From Candidatus Dormiibacterota bacterium (GTDB taxonomy: Bacteria; Chloroflexota; Dormibacteria; Aeolococcales; Aeolococcaceae), in NCBI GenBank assembly GCA_963716365.1, contig OY970307.1, forward strand, positions 2,832,349-2,896,348: a stretch of DNA of 64,000 nt, in the 5' to 3' direction. Position numbers and translations under genes: made by a program. The stretch's first letter is position 1. Each line of letters starts with the position of its first letter. Under the pieces are notes generated by a model. That model had not been told where the DNA came from, ran no database searches, and saw nothing but the letters and a program-made list of their open reading frames with translations. Shown here piece by piece: positions 37,785-47,727 of this stretch.

Positions 37785-38488
37785 GACGCGTTGCCCGCCG
37801 GTGCGATGGCCGCGCGGAGCGCTGCGATGCCGGCTTGCGGACCACCAGCGTGTCCGAACACCGCGGTCCCAGCGACGAGCACGTTTGCGCCTGCTTCGAC
37901 ACACGCCTTCGCGTTGCCGGCATCGACCCCGCCATCAACCTCGACCTCGGTCTCGAGGCCCTGGCGTTCGATCTCCTTGCGGAGTTGCTCGACCTTGCGC
38001 AGCGTCCGCGGGATGAGGCGCTGACCGCCGAATCCAGGATCGATCGTCATCACGAGCGCGAGGTCGCACGCCTCGAGCACGTCCTCGAGCATGAGCGCCG
38101 GCGTGCTCGGGTTGATCGCGGCTCCGGCCCGGCAATCGAGCTCGCGGATCGCGACAAGCGTGCGGTGCAGGTGCGGGCACGCCTCGTAGTGGACGGTGAT
38201 GGCGTCGGCGCCGGCGCCGGCGAATGTGCTCAGGTGCCGGTCGGGGTCGACGATCATGAGATGCAGTTCGAGTGGCAGTGAGGTCTCGCGGCGGAGCGCA
38301 CGCACGGTGTCGGTGCCGAAGGTGAAGTTGGGCACGAACGACCCGTCCATGACATCGACATGGATGCGTTCCGCGCCGCTGTCCTCGAGGTCGCGAGCGG
38401 CACGGGCGATGTGTCCGAAGTCGGCGGCGAGGAGACTCGGCGCGATCCGGACCGAATCCCGGCACGGGGGCCATGTGGATCGCGGCAT
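37781..38488 (-). CDS. rpe: ribulose-phosphate 3-epimerase
   Basis: ..IAPSLLAADFGHIARAARDLEDSGAERIHVDVMDGSFVPNFTFG.. plus the metal-binding H..D..H..D pattern. Start Met uncertain (38488 or 38533); the tool ORF extends to 38641. Confidence 0.8.
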   Translation of the reverse strand: MPRSTWPPCRDSVRIAPSLLAADFGHIARAARDLEDSGAERIHVDVMDGSFVPNFTFGTDTVRALRRETSLPLELHLMIVDPDRHLSTFAGAGADAITVHYEACPHLHRTLVAIRELDCRAGAAINPSTPALMLEDVLEACDLALVMTIDPGFGGQRLIPRTLRKVEQLRKEIERQGLETEVEVDGGVDAGNAKACVEAGANVLVAGTAVFGHAGGPQAGIAALRAAIAPAGNAS

Positions 38489-38552
38489 CCGCGGATTCTG
38501 CCAGAGAGTGGTCGCCAGGCCCTCACGATTCATGAGTTCGTCATGAGACCGG

Positions 38553-39158
38553 TCAGCTGCCGTCGGGGTAGCCGCCTCGGTGGAGGACCATCGGGAAGTA
38601 GGGGAGCGTCTCCGGCCGCGGCATCGCCGCACGCCAGCCATCCGGATACGGCTCGAGGCCGGCGAAGAGCGGGGACTTCCCGCCTTTGGGATCGACGACG
38701 ATCGCTTCGAGGGCGCCCCGGACGTTGCCGATGGTGTCAGCGCCGAAGCGCGTGAGCCAGCGTGCGTCGAATCGCTCGAGCAGCTCCTGGCTCGTCATCT
38801 GCGCCATCCGGCCTTTCGCGGTGAGCCGAACCACTTGGCCGCGCGACGCGGTGGGGTCCGGCTCGGCGATCGCGTAGCGGCGCTTCTCCACGAAGCCCGT
38901 CGCCATGCTGATCGCCTCCTTTGACACCCCCGACAACTTCGGGAGGTCGCGCACGCGCACGCCTGTATCGCCGAGCACGCGCAGCACGTCGGCGACGATC
39001 GCAAGGGACAGCACCAACTCACGCTCGAAGTCGAGCGCGAACGCGACGAGCGGACGGGCGAGCAGGGCGGCCAGCGGCAGTGCCGAAGCCTCTGCGCCTG
39101 CCGGCGTCGCAGCAGCTGATGGGCCACGCGTGACGAGTTCGTGATGCAGGATCGGCAT
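38553..39158 (-). CDS. MarR-like winged-helix transcriptional regulator (paralog B)
   Basis: ..VRDLPKLSGVSKEAISMATGFVEKRRYAIAEPDPTASRGQVVRLTAKG.. is a MarR-type wHTH (recognition helix, wing with D-x-R). It has a C-terminal extension of about 60 aa. Confidence 0.55.
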   Translation of the reverse strand: MPILHHELVTRGPSAAATPAGAEASALPLAALLARPLVAFALDFERELVLSLAIVADVLRVLGDTGVRVRDLPKLSGVSKEAISMATGFVEKRRYAIAEPDPTASRGQVVRLTAKGRMAQMTSQELLERFDARWLTRFGADTIGNVRGALEAIVVDPKGGKSPLFAGLEPYPDGWRAAMPRPETLPYFPMVLHRGGYPDGS

Positions 39159-39654
39159 GCAATCCGGGAGTTCGGAGTTCGAGCTGGCTCACCAGCGCCG
39201 CCAGTGATGCGCGCAGCTGATCGAGTGCGGCCGTGCCGAAGCGGTCGCGCCATCGGCTTTCGACGATGTCACCGAGCGGACGCAGAACCTCCTGGGCGCG
39301 AATGCCGCGAGGCGTGGCGCGCACAAGGAGGTCGCGTCGCGGAGGGTTTACGCGCCGGTCATCCGCGTGTGGCTCGACGTCGATGTAGTGCCACCGCCGC
39401 ATGCCGTCGAGGTTCGTCTCCGTGCGTGCGAGGCGATCCATCTCGGCGACCGGCATCCACTCCTCGCCGACGAAACGCAGGCAGTTGCACCACATCGCCA
39501 TCGAGATGAGCCAGAGGCCGTCGCTCCAACCTGCGGCCTGCGACGCCCTCGTGGTGCGATGCGGCATGCGGTGCTCGAACTCGTTGTCGAACTCGATCGT
39601 GAGCGCGACGAGGGCCTGCGACAGCAGGGTCGACAGACGGAGGCGCGTCGGCAC
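39019..39654 (-). CDS. MarR-like winged-helix transcriptional regulator (paralog A)
   Basis: Paralogous to 38553..39158 (..LVALTIEFDNEFEHRM.. vs ..LVAFALDFERELVLSL..; ..RRVNPPRRDLLVRATPRG..). Its 3-prime 140 nt overlap paralog B out of frame, and the Arg-rich tail may be read-through. Confidence 0.5.
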   Translation of the reverse strand: MPTRLRLSTLLSQALVALTIEFDNEFEHRMPHRTTRASQAAGWSDGLWLISMAMWCNCLRFVGEEWMPVAEMDRLARTETNLDGMRRWHYIDVEPHADDRRVNPPRRDLLVRATPRGIRAQEVLRPLGDIVESRWRDRFGTAALDQLRASLAALVSQLELRTPGLHADPASRTRHAWPISCCDAGRRRGFGTAAGRPARPSARRVRARLRA

Positions 39655-39670
39655 GGATGTGCTCAGCGCG

Positions 39671-40393
39671 CTAGGACGCCGCCGCCGCGTCGAGGAACCA
39701 GAACAGCACGCCGTCCGCCGGGTTGACGCGCGACGCCGGCACCTCGCCGCGTGCCGTGGCCGCGAGTGCGGGAACCTTGGCTGCTCCGGTGACCATGAAA
39801 CCCACGGCTGCAGCAGCGTTGATCGCGGGGAACGTGAGCGTCATACGGTCGAAGGGCACGTAGTCCGCAAGCCCCCGCGTCGCCCATCGATCGGTCACAT
39901 CGAGCGCGGGCGTGCCGGGAAAGAGTGATGCGGTGTGGCCGTTCTCACCGAGACCGAGCAGCACCACGTCAAGGCGTGGCGCGCCGCCGGCGGCGGTCGG
40001 AAGCGCCGACGCGAGGAGTGCCGAATACTCGAGCGATGCAGCATCGAGATCCGTGCGTTCGGCGGGCATGCGGTGCACTCGCGTTGGATCGATGGCCACG
40101 CGGCTCAACAACGTCGTCTCCGCAAGGTGATAGTTGCTGGATGGGTCGTCCGGCGGGCTCGCGCGCTCGTCGCCGAAAAACACGCGCCATGCGGGCCACT
40201 CCACGCGGTCGCGCCACACCGGACCGGCCAGCGCGTCGTAGAGCAGGCGTGGGGTGCTCCCACCCGCAAGCGCGATCGAGAAGGAGCCGTGATCGTCAAC
40301 AGCGCGTTGCGCAGCGTCAGCGACCCAGCCCGCGACCTCGTCGGCCACGGCCTGCGGATGCTCGCGGACGACGCGCTGACCGAGGAGACTCAC
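39671..40393 (-). CDS. pgl: 6-phosphogluconolactonase
   Basis: The C-terminal 241 aa of tool ORF 39671..41011: ..FSIALAGGSTP.. ..FGDERASPPDDPSSNY.. ..LLGLGENGHTASLFPG... The GTG start lies 2 nt after the zwf stop. There is no opcA between zwf and pgl. Confidence 0.8.
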   Translation of the reverse strand: MSLLGQRVVREHPQAVADEVAGWVADAAQRAVDDHGSFSIALAGGSTPRLLYDALAGPVWRDRVEWPAWRVFFGDERASPPDDPSSNYHLAETTLLSRVAIDPTRVHRMPAERTDLDAASLEYSALLASALPTAAGGAPRLDVVLLGLGENGHTASLFPGTPALDVTDRWATRGLADYVPFDRMTLTFPAINAAAAVGFMVTGAAKVPALAATARGEVPASRVNPADGVLFWFLDAAAAS

Positions 40394-40394
40394 C

Positions 40395-41933
40395 TTACGG
40401 CCGGTGCCATTCCCGTCCGTCGCGGGCCATGAACTCGTGCGACTCCTCGGGTCCCCACGTGCCCGACTCGTAGTTCGGACTGTGGATCCGGTCGGGGGGA
40501 TGCGCGCGCCAGCCGTCGAGGATCGCGGTGCAGAAGCGCCACGCCTCCTCGACCTCATCCTCGCGAGCGAACAGCGTTGCATCGCCGAGCATGCAGTCGA
40601 GCAGCAGACGCTCGTACGCATCCGGTGACTGTTCGCGAAACGCCGTCCCGTACGTGAAATCCATGTTGACCGACTCGATGCGCAACGCCTGGCCGGGGAT
40701 TTTCGCTCCGAAGCGCAACGTGATGCCCTCGTCGGGCTGGATGCGCAACACGAGCAGGTTCGGTTCGATCCCGTCGGTCGGGACCTGTCCGGATGCCACC
40801 GGGACGCTGCCTGCAAACGGCGAATGGGGAACGCGACGGAACTGGATGACGATCTCCGTCGCGCGCTTCGGCATCCGCTTCCCGGTGCGCAGGTAGAAGG
40901 GCGTTCCCGCCCAGCGCCAGTTGTCGATGTCGACCTTGAGCGCAACGAATGTCTCGCGCAGCGAGTCCGGCGCGACGCCGCGTTCCTCGCGATAGCCGGG
41001 GACATGCTCACCGTTGATCACGCCGGCGGAGTACTGACCGCGGACGGAGTGTGAGAGCGCGTCATCCGGGTGAATGGGACGAACCGCGCGCAGCAGCTTC
41101 ACCTTCTCGTCGCGGACCATTTCCGCCTGGAAGTTGGACGGGGCTTCCATACCGACGATCGCGACCAGCTGCATGATGTGGTTCTGCACGATGTCGCGAA
41201 GCGCGCCGGCCTCCTCGTAGTACGAGCCGCGACCCTCGACGCCGATCTCCTCGGCCACGGTGATCTGCACATGGTCGATGTACTGCCGGTTCCAGAGCGG
41301 CTCGAAGATGCCGTTCGCGAAGCGGAAGACGAGCAGGTTCTGGACGGTCTCCTTGCCCAGGTAGTGGTCGATACGATAGATCTGCTCTTCGATGAACGCT
41401 GTGTGCAGGCGCTCGTTGAGTTCGCGCGCGGTGGCGAGGTCGCGCCCGAACGGCTTCTCGATGATCACGCGAACAAAGGTGCCAGGTGGTTGCGCGGTGA
41501 GGCCGGCAGCATTGAGCCGGTCCGCGAGCGGCATCACAGCGCCGGGCGGTGTGCTGAAGTAGAAGAGCCGGTTACCGCCGGTGCCGCGCTCGCGATCCAC
41601 CTCGTCGAGCATGTCGCGCAGCGGCTCGAGCCCGTGCCCGGCGTCGTGGTCGTACGTCACGTAGCGCAGACCCGCGGCGAACGCCTGCCAGGCGTCATCA
41701 CGCAGCGGCACGCGACCGAACTCCTCGATCCCGCTGCGCATCTCCGCGCGAAATTCGTCGTCGGTCATCTCGCTGCGACCGGCGCCAACGACCGTGAATC
41801 CGGGCGGAAGGCTCCCTTCCGCGGCGAGCGCATACAGCGCCGGGACGAGCTTGCGTTTGGTCAGGTCGCCGCTGGCGCCGAAGATGACGACGCAGAACGG
41901 GGCAGGCGTGCGCGCCTCCCGCCGGCGCTCCAC
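40395..41933 (-). CDS. zwf: glucose-6-phosphate 1-dehydrogenase
   Basis: ..VIFGASGDLTKRKL.. NADP site, ..RIDHYLGKE.. active-site motif. 512 aa. Confidence 0.9.
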   Translation of the reverse strand: MERRREARTPAPFCVVIFGASGDLTKRKLVPALYALAAEGSLPPGFTVVGAGRSEMTDDEFRAEMRSGIEEFGRVPLRDDAWQAFAAGLRYVTYDHDAGHGLEPLRDMLDEVDRERGTGGNRLFYFSTPPGAVMPLADRLNAAGLTAQPPGTFVRVIIEKPFGRDLATARELNERLHTAFIEEQIYRIDHYLGKETVQNLLVFRFANGIFEPLWNRQYIDHVQITVAEEIGVEGRGSYYEEAGALRDIVQNHIMQLVAIVGMEAPSNFQAEMVRDEKVKLLRAVRPIHPDDALSHSVRGQYSAGVINGEHVPGYREERGVAPDSLRETFVALKVDIDNWRWAGTPFYLRTGKRMPKRATEIVIQFRRVPHSPFAGSVPVASGQVPTDGIEPNLLVLRIQPDEGITLRFGAKIPGQALRIESVNMDFTYGTAFREQSPDAYERLLLDCMLGDATLFAREDEVEEAWRFCTAILDGWRAHPPDRIHSPNYESGTWGPEESHEFMARDGREWHRP

Positions 41934-41950
41934 GAGTGGACGGTCGGTTG

Positions 41951-42883
41951 TCAGTGTGATGACGAGGCTCCCGTCGCGGATTCGGCTTTCACAGCATGCC
42001 CACCAAACTCGTTGCGCAGAGCGGCGATCACCTTGTTGCCGAAGCCGTCGGGCAGTCGCGACTGGTAGCGCGCCATGAGTGACAGCGCCAGCACCGGCAC
42101 GGGTACCGAGAGCGTCATCGCCTCCTCGATCGTCCAGCGGCCCTCACCGGAGTCGTCCACCCAGCCGCGCAGCTGTTCCAGCTGCGGGTCGCGTTCGAAG
42201 GCGCGCTCCGCAAGCTCGAGCAGCCACGAGCGAACGACGCTGCCCTGATTCCAGAGATGCGCGATCGCGTGCAGGTCGAGCTCACCGAAGTCCTGCTTTG
42301 CCTGCATCACCGCGAAGCCTTCCGCGTATGCCTGGAGCATCCCGTATTCGATGCCGTTGTGGACCATCTTCACGAAGTGTCCCGCCCCCGGAGGTCCTAT
42401 GTGGAGAAAGCCGTCGGGTGGTGCAAGCGTCGTGAAGATCGGCCGCCAGTGGTCGACCGTTGCCTTCTCGCCTCCGGCCATGAGGCAGTAGCCGACCTCG
42501 AGACCCCAGACGCCGCCGCTCGTGCCGGCATCGATGAAACCGATGCCGCGCTCGGCGCTGCTCGCAGCGCGCGCGATCGAGTCGTGATAGTTGCTGTTGC
42601 CGCCGTCGATGATGGTGTCGCCCTTCTCGAGCAGCGACTGCAGCGCGGCGACCGTGTCGTCGGTGATCTTGCCGGACGGCACCATGATCCAGACGCCGCG
42701 CGGCTTGTCGAGCGCTGCGATCAACTCGTCGATGCCGGCGGTCGTCGTCGCACCGAATGCCTCGACGCTCGCCCGTGCATCGGGGTTCGGGTCGTATGCC
42801 ACCACTGCGTGATCGCCGTCACGGCGAAGTCGATGGACCATGTTCGCGCCCATCCTGCCGAGCCCGACGAAGCCGATCTGCAT
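41951..42883 (-). CDS. 6-phosphogluconate dehydrogenase (decarboxylating), short ~300-aa form
   Basis: N-terminal Rossmann fold MQIGFVGLGRMGANMV, ..GGNSNY.., ..HFVKMVHNGIEYG... It belongs to the short Gnd/YqeC-like class. Confidence 0.8.
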   Translation of the reverse strand: MQIGFVGLGRMGANMVHRLRRDGDHAVVAYDPNPDARASVEAFGATTTAGIDELIAALDKPRGVWIMVPSGKITDDTVAALQSLLEKGDTIIDGGNSNYHDSIARAASSAERGIGFIDAGTSGGVWGLEVGYCLMAGGEKATVDHWRPIFTTLAPPDGFLHIGPPGAGHFVKMVHNGIEYGMLQAYAEGFAVMQAKQDFGELDLHAIAHLWNQGSVVRSWLLELAERAFERDPQLEQLRGWVDDSGEGRWTIEEAMTLSVPVPVLALSLMARYQSRLPDGFGNKVIAALRNEFGGHAVKAESATGASSSH

Positions 42884-42913
42884 GCTGTGTCGTGTCCTCG
42901 TGTGCGGAGGCGC

Positions 42914-45724
42914 TCAGCGCGCCGCCGTGGCTGCGCTGACGGCATCAGTGAGGCTGGCCAGCCCCGCGTCGAGATCGCCCGCGATGTGGACGCGGATCAC
43001 GCGCCGACCGTGGTTGCGCAACGACTGCAGGTCGCCCGCCGCCTGTGCGCGCTTGAGGATGGAGAACGTGAACGGCTTGCCCGGAATCGGCACGTCGGTG
43101 CCGTCATCGGCGGTGATCTGAATGTAGACGCCGGTGTTCGGACCGCCCTTGTGGAGCTGGCCGGTGCTGTGCAGAAAACGGGGGCCGAATCCGAGTGTGG
43201 TTGCGATCCGCCGGGTGTCACGGATGGCGACACGCAAATCCTGCAGCGCATCGTGATTGCTGTCGTCCGGCGTCACGTACGCCATCAGCGCGACGTAGTC
43301 ACCAGGCTTGGCCGTGTCGAGATGCTGAGCGAGCGCACCTGATGCGCTGCTGCCGGTGACGTCACCGAACACACGGAGCGCGCCGTCGGTCACCGCGGCT
43401 GCCTCGTCGGGGAGCGCACCCGTCTGCTCGTACTGCTCGAGCACGGCGTTCGTGTTGTCCTTCGACTCCTTGACGTTGGGCTCGTCGAAGGCGTCGATGC
43501 CGAGATGCGCGCCCGCGACCGCCGTCGCGAACTCCCAGCGGAAGAACTCCGCAGCAAGGTCGTATTTGTCCTCGAGGTCGAACACGATCACCGGGTGTCC
43601 GGCTTTCTGCAGCGCGTCGATGGAAGCGTCGAAATTCGCGTCGGTACCGATGCGAAGCGCCACGAAGAGACGATCCTCGGAGTACACGGCAGGAACACCG
43701 AGCGGCTCGTCGCCGATCGGGATGATGCCCTTGCCCTCCTTGCCGGTGCTCTCTGCGATGAGTTGCTCGGACCAGAGGGAGAACGCCTCGACGCTGCGCG
43801 GCGCGAGGATCGTCACCTTGTCACGGCCCGCATCGTGCAGCGTGCCCATGACCTGCCCGAGCGCCAGGCCGCAGTTGATGTCGCCCGGGACGCCGGGCGC
43901 ACAGTTCCGGCGCATGTCCGCGGCGCGATGCAGCAGGAGGTCGATGTCGATGCCGATGACGGCAGCAGGGACGAGACCGAACATGCTCAGCGCCGAGTAG
44001 CGCCCACCGATGTCCGGCGGGTTCTTGTAGAGGTGCAGGAAGCCGCGATCGCGTGCGATGTCGGCGAGCGGCGTCCCGGGATCGGTCACCGCGATGAAAT
44101 GCGCGCCGGGCTTGTCGGTGACCGCTGACGTCACCTCCCAGAAGTGGGCCAGGTGCGAGAGCGTCTCGAGTGTTGTGCCCGACTTGCTCGAGACGATGTA
44201 GCCGGTTGCCTTCGGGTCGATGGCGCGACTCACCCGGGTGATCGCCAGCGGATCGGTGGTGTCGAGGACATGGAGCGTCGGCTGGCCCTCGGCGCTGCCG
44301 AACGAGCTGCGCAGCACCTCTGGACAGAGGCTCGAACCCCCCATGCCGAGGAGCACGCAATCCCGCCATCCGGCTTCGCGAACCTCCGTGGTCAATGCCG
44401 TAAGGGAAGCCAGCTGCTCGCGCATGGCCCCGACGACGTCGAGCCAGCCGAGCCGGTTGCGGATGACGACTGCGGCGTCGGCATCGCCCGGCTTCCAGAG
44501 ATTCGGGTCGCGGTGCCAGATGCGCTCCGCGGTCTGAGTCGCATCCGGCGTGTCGAGCGCGATCGTGGTCGCGCCGGTGTCGATGCGCTGTCGCTTGGCG
44601 TATCCGGATGACATCGCGTCGACCTTCTCGGCGATGCCACGGATGAGCGCGCTGTACGAGTCGGCGAATGAGTTGACACCCGCATCGAGTAGTTCCTGCG
44701 TGACGTCGTCCATGTTGATGCCGGCCTGCGCGAGCTGATCCATGACCTTGTGCGCGCCCGCGTAGTCGGCCTTGACCGTGTCGCCGGCGACGACGCCGTG
44801 GTCGAGGAATGCCTCGATGGTCGCGGGCGGCATCGTGTCGACGGTGTCGGGACCGACAAGCGCTTCCGCGTAGACAACGTCGCGATAGTTCGGATTCTTG
44901 GCGCTCGTGCTCGCCCACAGGGGCCGCTGCACGTGCGCGCCTGCACCGCGGAGTGCCGCGAACCCATCGCCGAAGCGCCGCTCGAACAGCTCGTACGCGA
45001 GCACGGCGTTGGCGATTGCCGCTTTGCCGAGCAGTCCCTCGAGCAGCGCATTGCCGGGATCGGCGGCGAGCTTCGCCTCGAGGAGCTTGTCGACGAGTGT
45101 GTCGACGCGGCTGACGAAGAACGATGCGACGGAGTGCACGTCGAGGGACTGTCCGGCACTGTGCCGCGTCTCGAGCGCGCCGAGGTACTGATCGATGACT
45201 CGCTCGTGCATCGCGATCGCGAAGATGAGTGTGACGTTGACGTTGCGACCGTCGGCGATGGTCCGGCCGATCGCCGGCATGCCCTCGAGCGTCGCGGGAA
45301 TCTTGATCATGAGATTCGGACGGTCGACGCGCTCCCAGAGCGTGCGTGCGGTGGCGACCGTTGCATCGGTGTCGTGCGACAACGACGGTGGGACCTCGAG
45401 GCTCACGAATCCGTCAGCGCCCGACGTCCTGTCGTGAATGGGTCGGAGGATGTCGGCGGCGTGCTGGATGTCGGTGATCGCAAGCTCTGTGAAGATGTCG
45501 TTCGGGTCGTCGATGCCCGATGCGAGGAGCTCGCGGATCTGGTCGTCGTACATCGACCCCTCGGCGATCGCCTTCTGGAAGATCGTCGGGTTGCTCGTCA
45601 TCCCGGTGACGTTGTCCTCGGCGATCATGCGTTGCAGCTCACCCGACGTCAGCAGGTCGCGGCTGATGAAGTCGAGCCAGACGGACTGCCCACGCTCGCC
45701 GAGTTGTTGCAGCGGCGTCGTCAT
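42914..45724 (-). CDS. bifunctional transaldolase / glucose-6-phosphate isomerase fusion protein
   Basis: The N-terminal ~360 aa is a transaldolase (..GVTSNPTIF.. Schiff-base Lys region ..MIKIPAT..). The C-terminal ~570 aa is a PGI (..IGIGGS-like GMGGSSL.., ..SKSGTTLET.., ..GGRYS..). It is one 936-aa ORF. Confidence 0.85.
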   Translation of the reverse strand: MTTPLQQLGERGQSVWLDFISRDLLTSGELQRMIAEDNVTGMTSNPTIFQKAIAEGSMYDDQIRELLASGIDDPNDIFTELAITDIQHAADILRPIHDRTSGADGFVSLEVPPSLSHDTDATVATARTLWERVDRPNLMIKIPATLEGMPAIGRTIADGRNVNVTLIFAIAMHERVIDQYLGALETRHSAGQSLDVHSVASFFVSRVDTLVDKLLEAKLAADPGNALLEGLLGKAAIANAVLAYELFERRFGDGFAALRGAGAHVQRPLWASTSAKNPNYRDVVYAEALVGPDTVDTMPPATIEAFLDHGVVAGDTVKADYAGAHKVMDQLAQAGINMDDVTQELLDAGVNSFADSYSALIRGIAEKVDAMSSGYAKRQRIDTGATTIALDTPDATQTAERIWHRDPNLWKPGDADAAVVIRNRLGWLDVVGAMREQLASLTALTTEVREAGWRDCVLLGMGGSSLCPEVLRSSFGSAEGQPTLHVLDTTDPLAITRVSRAIDPKATGYIVSSKSGTTLETLSHLAHFWEVTSAVTDKPGAHFIAVTDPGTPLADIARDRGFLHLYKNPPDIGGRYSALSMFGLVPAAVIGIDIDLLLHRAADMRRNCAPGVPGDINCGLALGQVMGTLHDAGRDKVTILAPRSVEAFSLWSEQLIAESTGKEGKGIIPIGDEPLGVPAVYSEDRLFVALRIGTDANFDASIDALQKAGHPVIVFDLEDKYDLAAEFFRWEFATAVAGAHLGIDAFDEPNVKESKDNTNAVLEQYEQTGALPDEAAAVTDGALRVFGDVTGSSASGALAQHLDTAKPGDYVALMAYVTPDDSNHDALQDLRVAIRDTRRIATTLGFGPRFLHSTGQLHKGGPNTGVYIQITADDGTDVPIPGKPFTFSILKRAQAAGDLQSLRNHGRRVIRVHIAGDLDAGLASLTDAVSAATAAR

Positions 45725-47616
45725 CGGCTGTCACCTGCGGTTGCGCCGACCAGGTCCGTCACGGCGGCGACGATGGCGTCGGCGTCGATGCCGGCGGTTG
45801 CCATCAACTCCTCGGGTGTGCCCGAGCCCGGCAGGCTGCGGACGGCGAGGTGCGTGACGCGCGGCGGCGTTGGCTCGAGCGCGAGCGCTTCCATCACCGC
45901 TGCAGCTATGCCGCCCTGCGGGTAGTGGTCCTCGACGACAACGAGGCGTCCGCCGGTATCGGCGCTTGCCTCACGCAGTGTCGCGGTGTCGATCGGCTTG
46001 ACCGAGTAGAGGTCGATGACCCGGCACGTGATGCCGCTGTTCGACAGACGTTCCGCTGCGTCAAGGCAGGCGTGCAAGGTAACTCCCGCGCCGATGAGCG
46101 CGACTGCGTCCGCATCGCTGCGGCGCAACACCTTTGATCCACCGACCGGGAACTCCTCGCTGTTCTCGTAGATGACGGGGTACGCACCGCGGGTGGTACG
46201 GACGTAGCTGATGCCCCTGAGATCCGCCATCTGCGCCACCAGCTTCGCGGCGGAAACTGCGTCACTGGGATACAGGACTGTCGATGTGTGCACGGCGCGC
46301 AGCGACGCGATGTCCTCCAACGCCATCTGCGACGGACCGTCCGCACCGATCTCGCAGCCGGCGTGCGAACCGGAGAGCCGGATGCTCACTTCGGACACGC
46401 CGCACATGCGGACGAAGTCGTATGCGCGCGAGAAGAATGCTGCGAACGTTGATGCAAACGGGATGTAGCCGCGCACCGCGAGCCCGACCGCGCTCGCGAC
46501 CATCTGCTGCTCGGCGATGAACATCTCGAAGAAACGATCGGGGTACGCAGCCTTGAACTCGTCGGCGTGCGTCGAGTTGCTGACCTCACCGTCGAGTGCG
46601 ACCACGTTGTGCCGCGCGCCGAGTGCCTGCAGCGCGTCGCCGTATGCCTTGCGGGTGGCCACCTTGTCTCCGATCGCATACGTCGGCAGCGTCACGGGCT
46701 TGTCGGCAATGCTCGCGGATGCCGACTCCGCGCCGTCGGGTGGCTGCACGTGGATGCGCAGGTCGCGGATACCACCCAGTTCGGCGATCGCCTTCTCTGC
46801 GAGGTCCGGCGGCAGCGCCTTGCCGTGCCAGCCTTCTTTGTTCTCGATCTCCTTGACGCCCTTGCCTTTGATGGTGCGGGCGATGATCACGGTCGGCCGG
46901 TCGCCGTCCGCGCGTGCCGAGGTGAAGGCGTCGTCGATGTCATGCAGGTCGTGCCCGTCGATGACGATGGGGCGGCAGCCGAAGGCCTCGACGCGATGCT
47001 TGTAGATGTCGAGGTCCCACTCGTACTCCGTCGGCCCGCGCTGTCCGAGGCGGTTGACGTCGAAGATCACGGTCAGATTCGAGAGCCCGTAGTGACCGGC
47101 CTTGTCGAGCGCCTCCCAGACCGAGCCCTCGGCGAGCTCGCTGTCGCCGCAGAGCACCCAGACATGGAAGGGGAGCTTGTCCAGGTACTTGCCCGCGAGC
47201 GCGACGCCGACGGCGATCGCGATGCCCTGGCCGAGCGAGCCGGTGGCGACGTCGACCCACGGGATCAGCGGCGTGGGGTGCCCCTCGAGGCGCGAGCTGT
47301 GGGTGCGGTACGTCATCAACTCGTCGTCGGTGATCGCGCCGGCCGCCTTGTACAGGGCGTAGAGGAGGGGCGAGGCATGGCCCTTCGAGAAGATGAGGTG
47401 GTCGTTGTCCGCCAGCTTCGGCTGGTCGAAGTCATAGCGAAGATGGCGCGCCGCGAGGACCGTGATGAGGTCGGCGGCCGACATGCTCGAGGTGGGGTGT
47501 CCGGAGCCAGCTTTCGTGCTGCACCGGATGCCGTCGACGCGAATCTGCTGGGCGACTTCGCCCACGAAGTCAAGGGCGGGCAGGACCCCCGCCTCGACGC
47601 TGCCGGTCACCGCCAT
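45721..47616 (-). CDS. tkt: transketolase
   Basis: ThDP motif ..GHPTSSMSAADL.., ..GSLGQGI.., ..GDSELAEGSVWEA... Start set at MAVTGS, which has a perfect GGAGGTG SD 6 nt upstream; the tool ORF starts 99 nt further up. It is the first gene of the tkt-(tal/pgi)-gnd-zwf-pgl operon. Confidence 0.9.
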   Translation of the reverse strand: MAVTGSVEAGVLPALDFVGEVAQQIRVDGIRCSTKAGSGHPTSSMSAADLITVLAARHLRYDFDQPKLADNDHLIFSKGHASPLLYALYKAAGAITDDELMTYRTHSSRLEGHPTPLIPWVDVATGSLGQGIAIAVGVALAGKYLDKLPFHVWVLCGDSELAEGSVWEALDKAGHYGLSNLTVIFDVNRLGQRGPTEYEWDLDIYKHRVEAFGCRPIVIDGHDLHDIDDAFTSARADGDRPTVIIARTIKGKGVKEIENKEGWHGKALPPDLAEKAIAELGGIRDLRIHVQPPDGAESASASIADKPVTLPTYAIGDKVATRKAYGDALQALGARHNVVALDGEVSNSTHADEFKAAYPDRFFEMFIAEQQMVASAVGLAVRGYIPFASTFAAFFSRAYDFVRMCGVSEVSIRLSGSHAGCEIGADGPSQMALEDIASLRAVHTSTVLYPSDAVSAAKLVAQMADLRGISYVRTTRGAYPVIYENSEEFPVGGSKVLRRSDADAVALIGAGVTLHACLDAAERLSNSGITCRVIDLYSVKPIDTATLREASADTGGRLVVVEDHYPQGGIAAAVMEALALEPTPPRVTHLAVRSLPGSGTPEELMATAGIDADAIVAAVTDLVGATAGDSR

Positions 47617-47727
47617 GGACTGCACCTCCAACGAGCCATCTGAACTTGAATCATGCCGCGATGGGGCAGAGGCGCGCCGTCCGGTATTGGCTCCGGCCTC
47701 ATGGGTTACAGTCACGGATCGAGGCGC

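Noticed and set aside
40393-40397. A missing opcA gene, which could mean the pgl start was mis-called.
   Set aside because: The in-frame GTG sits 2 nt after the zwf stop and the downstream sequence is clearly Pgl. There is no room for an opcA ORF, so its absence is real in this window.
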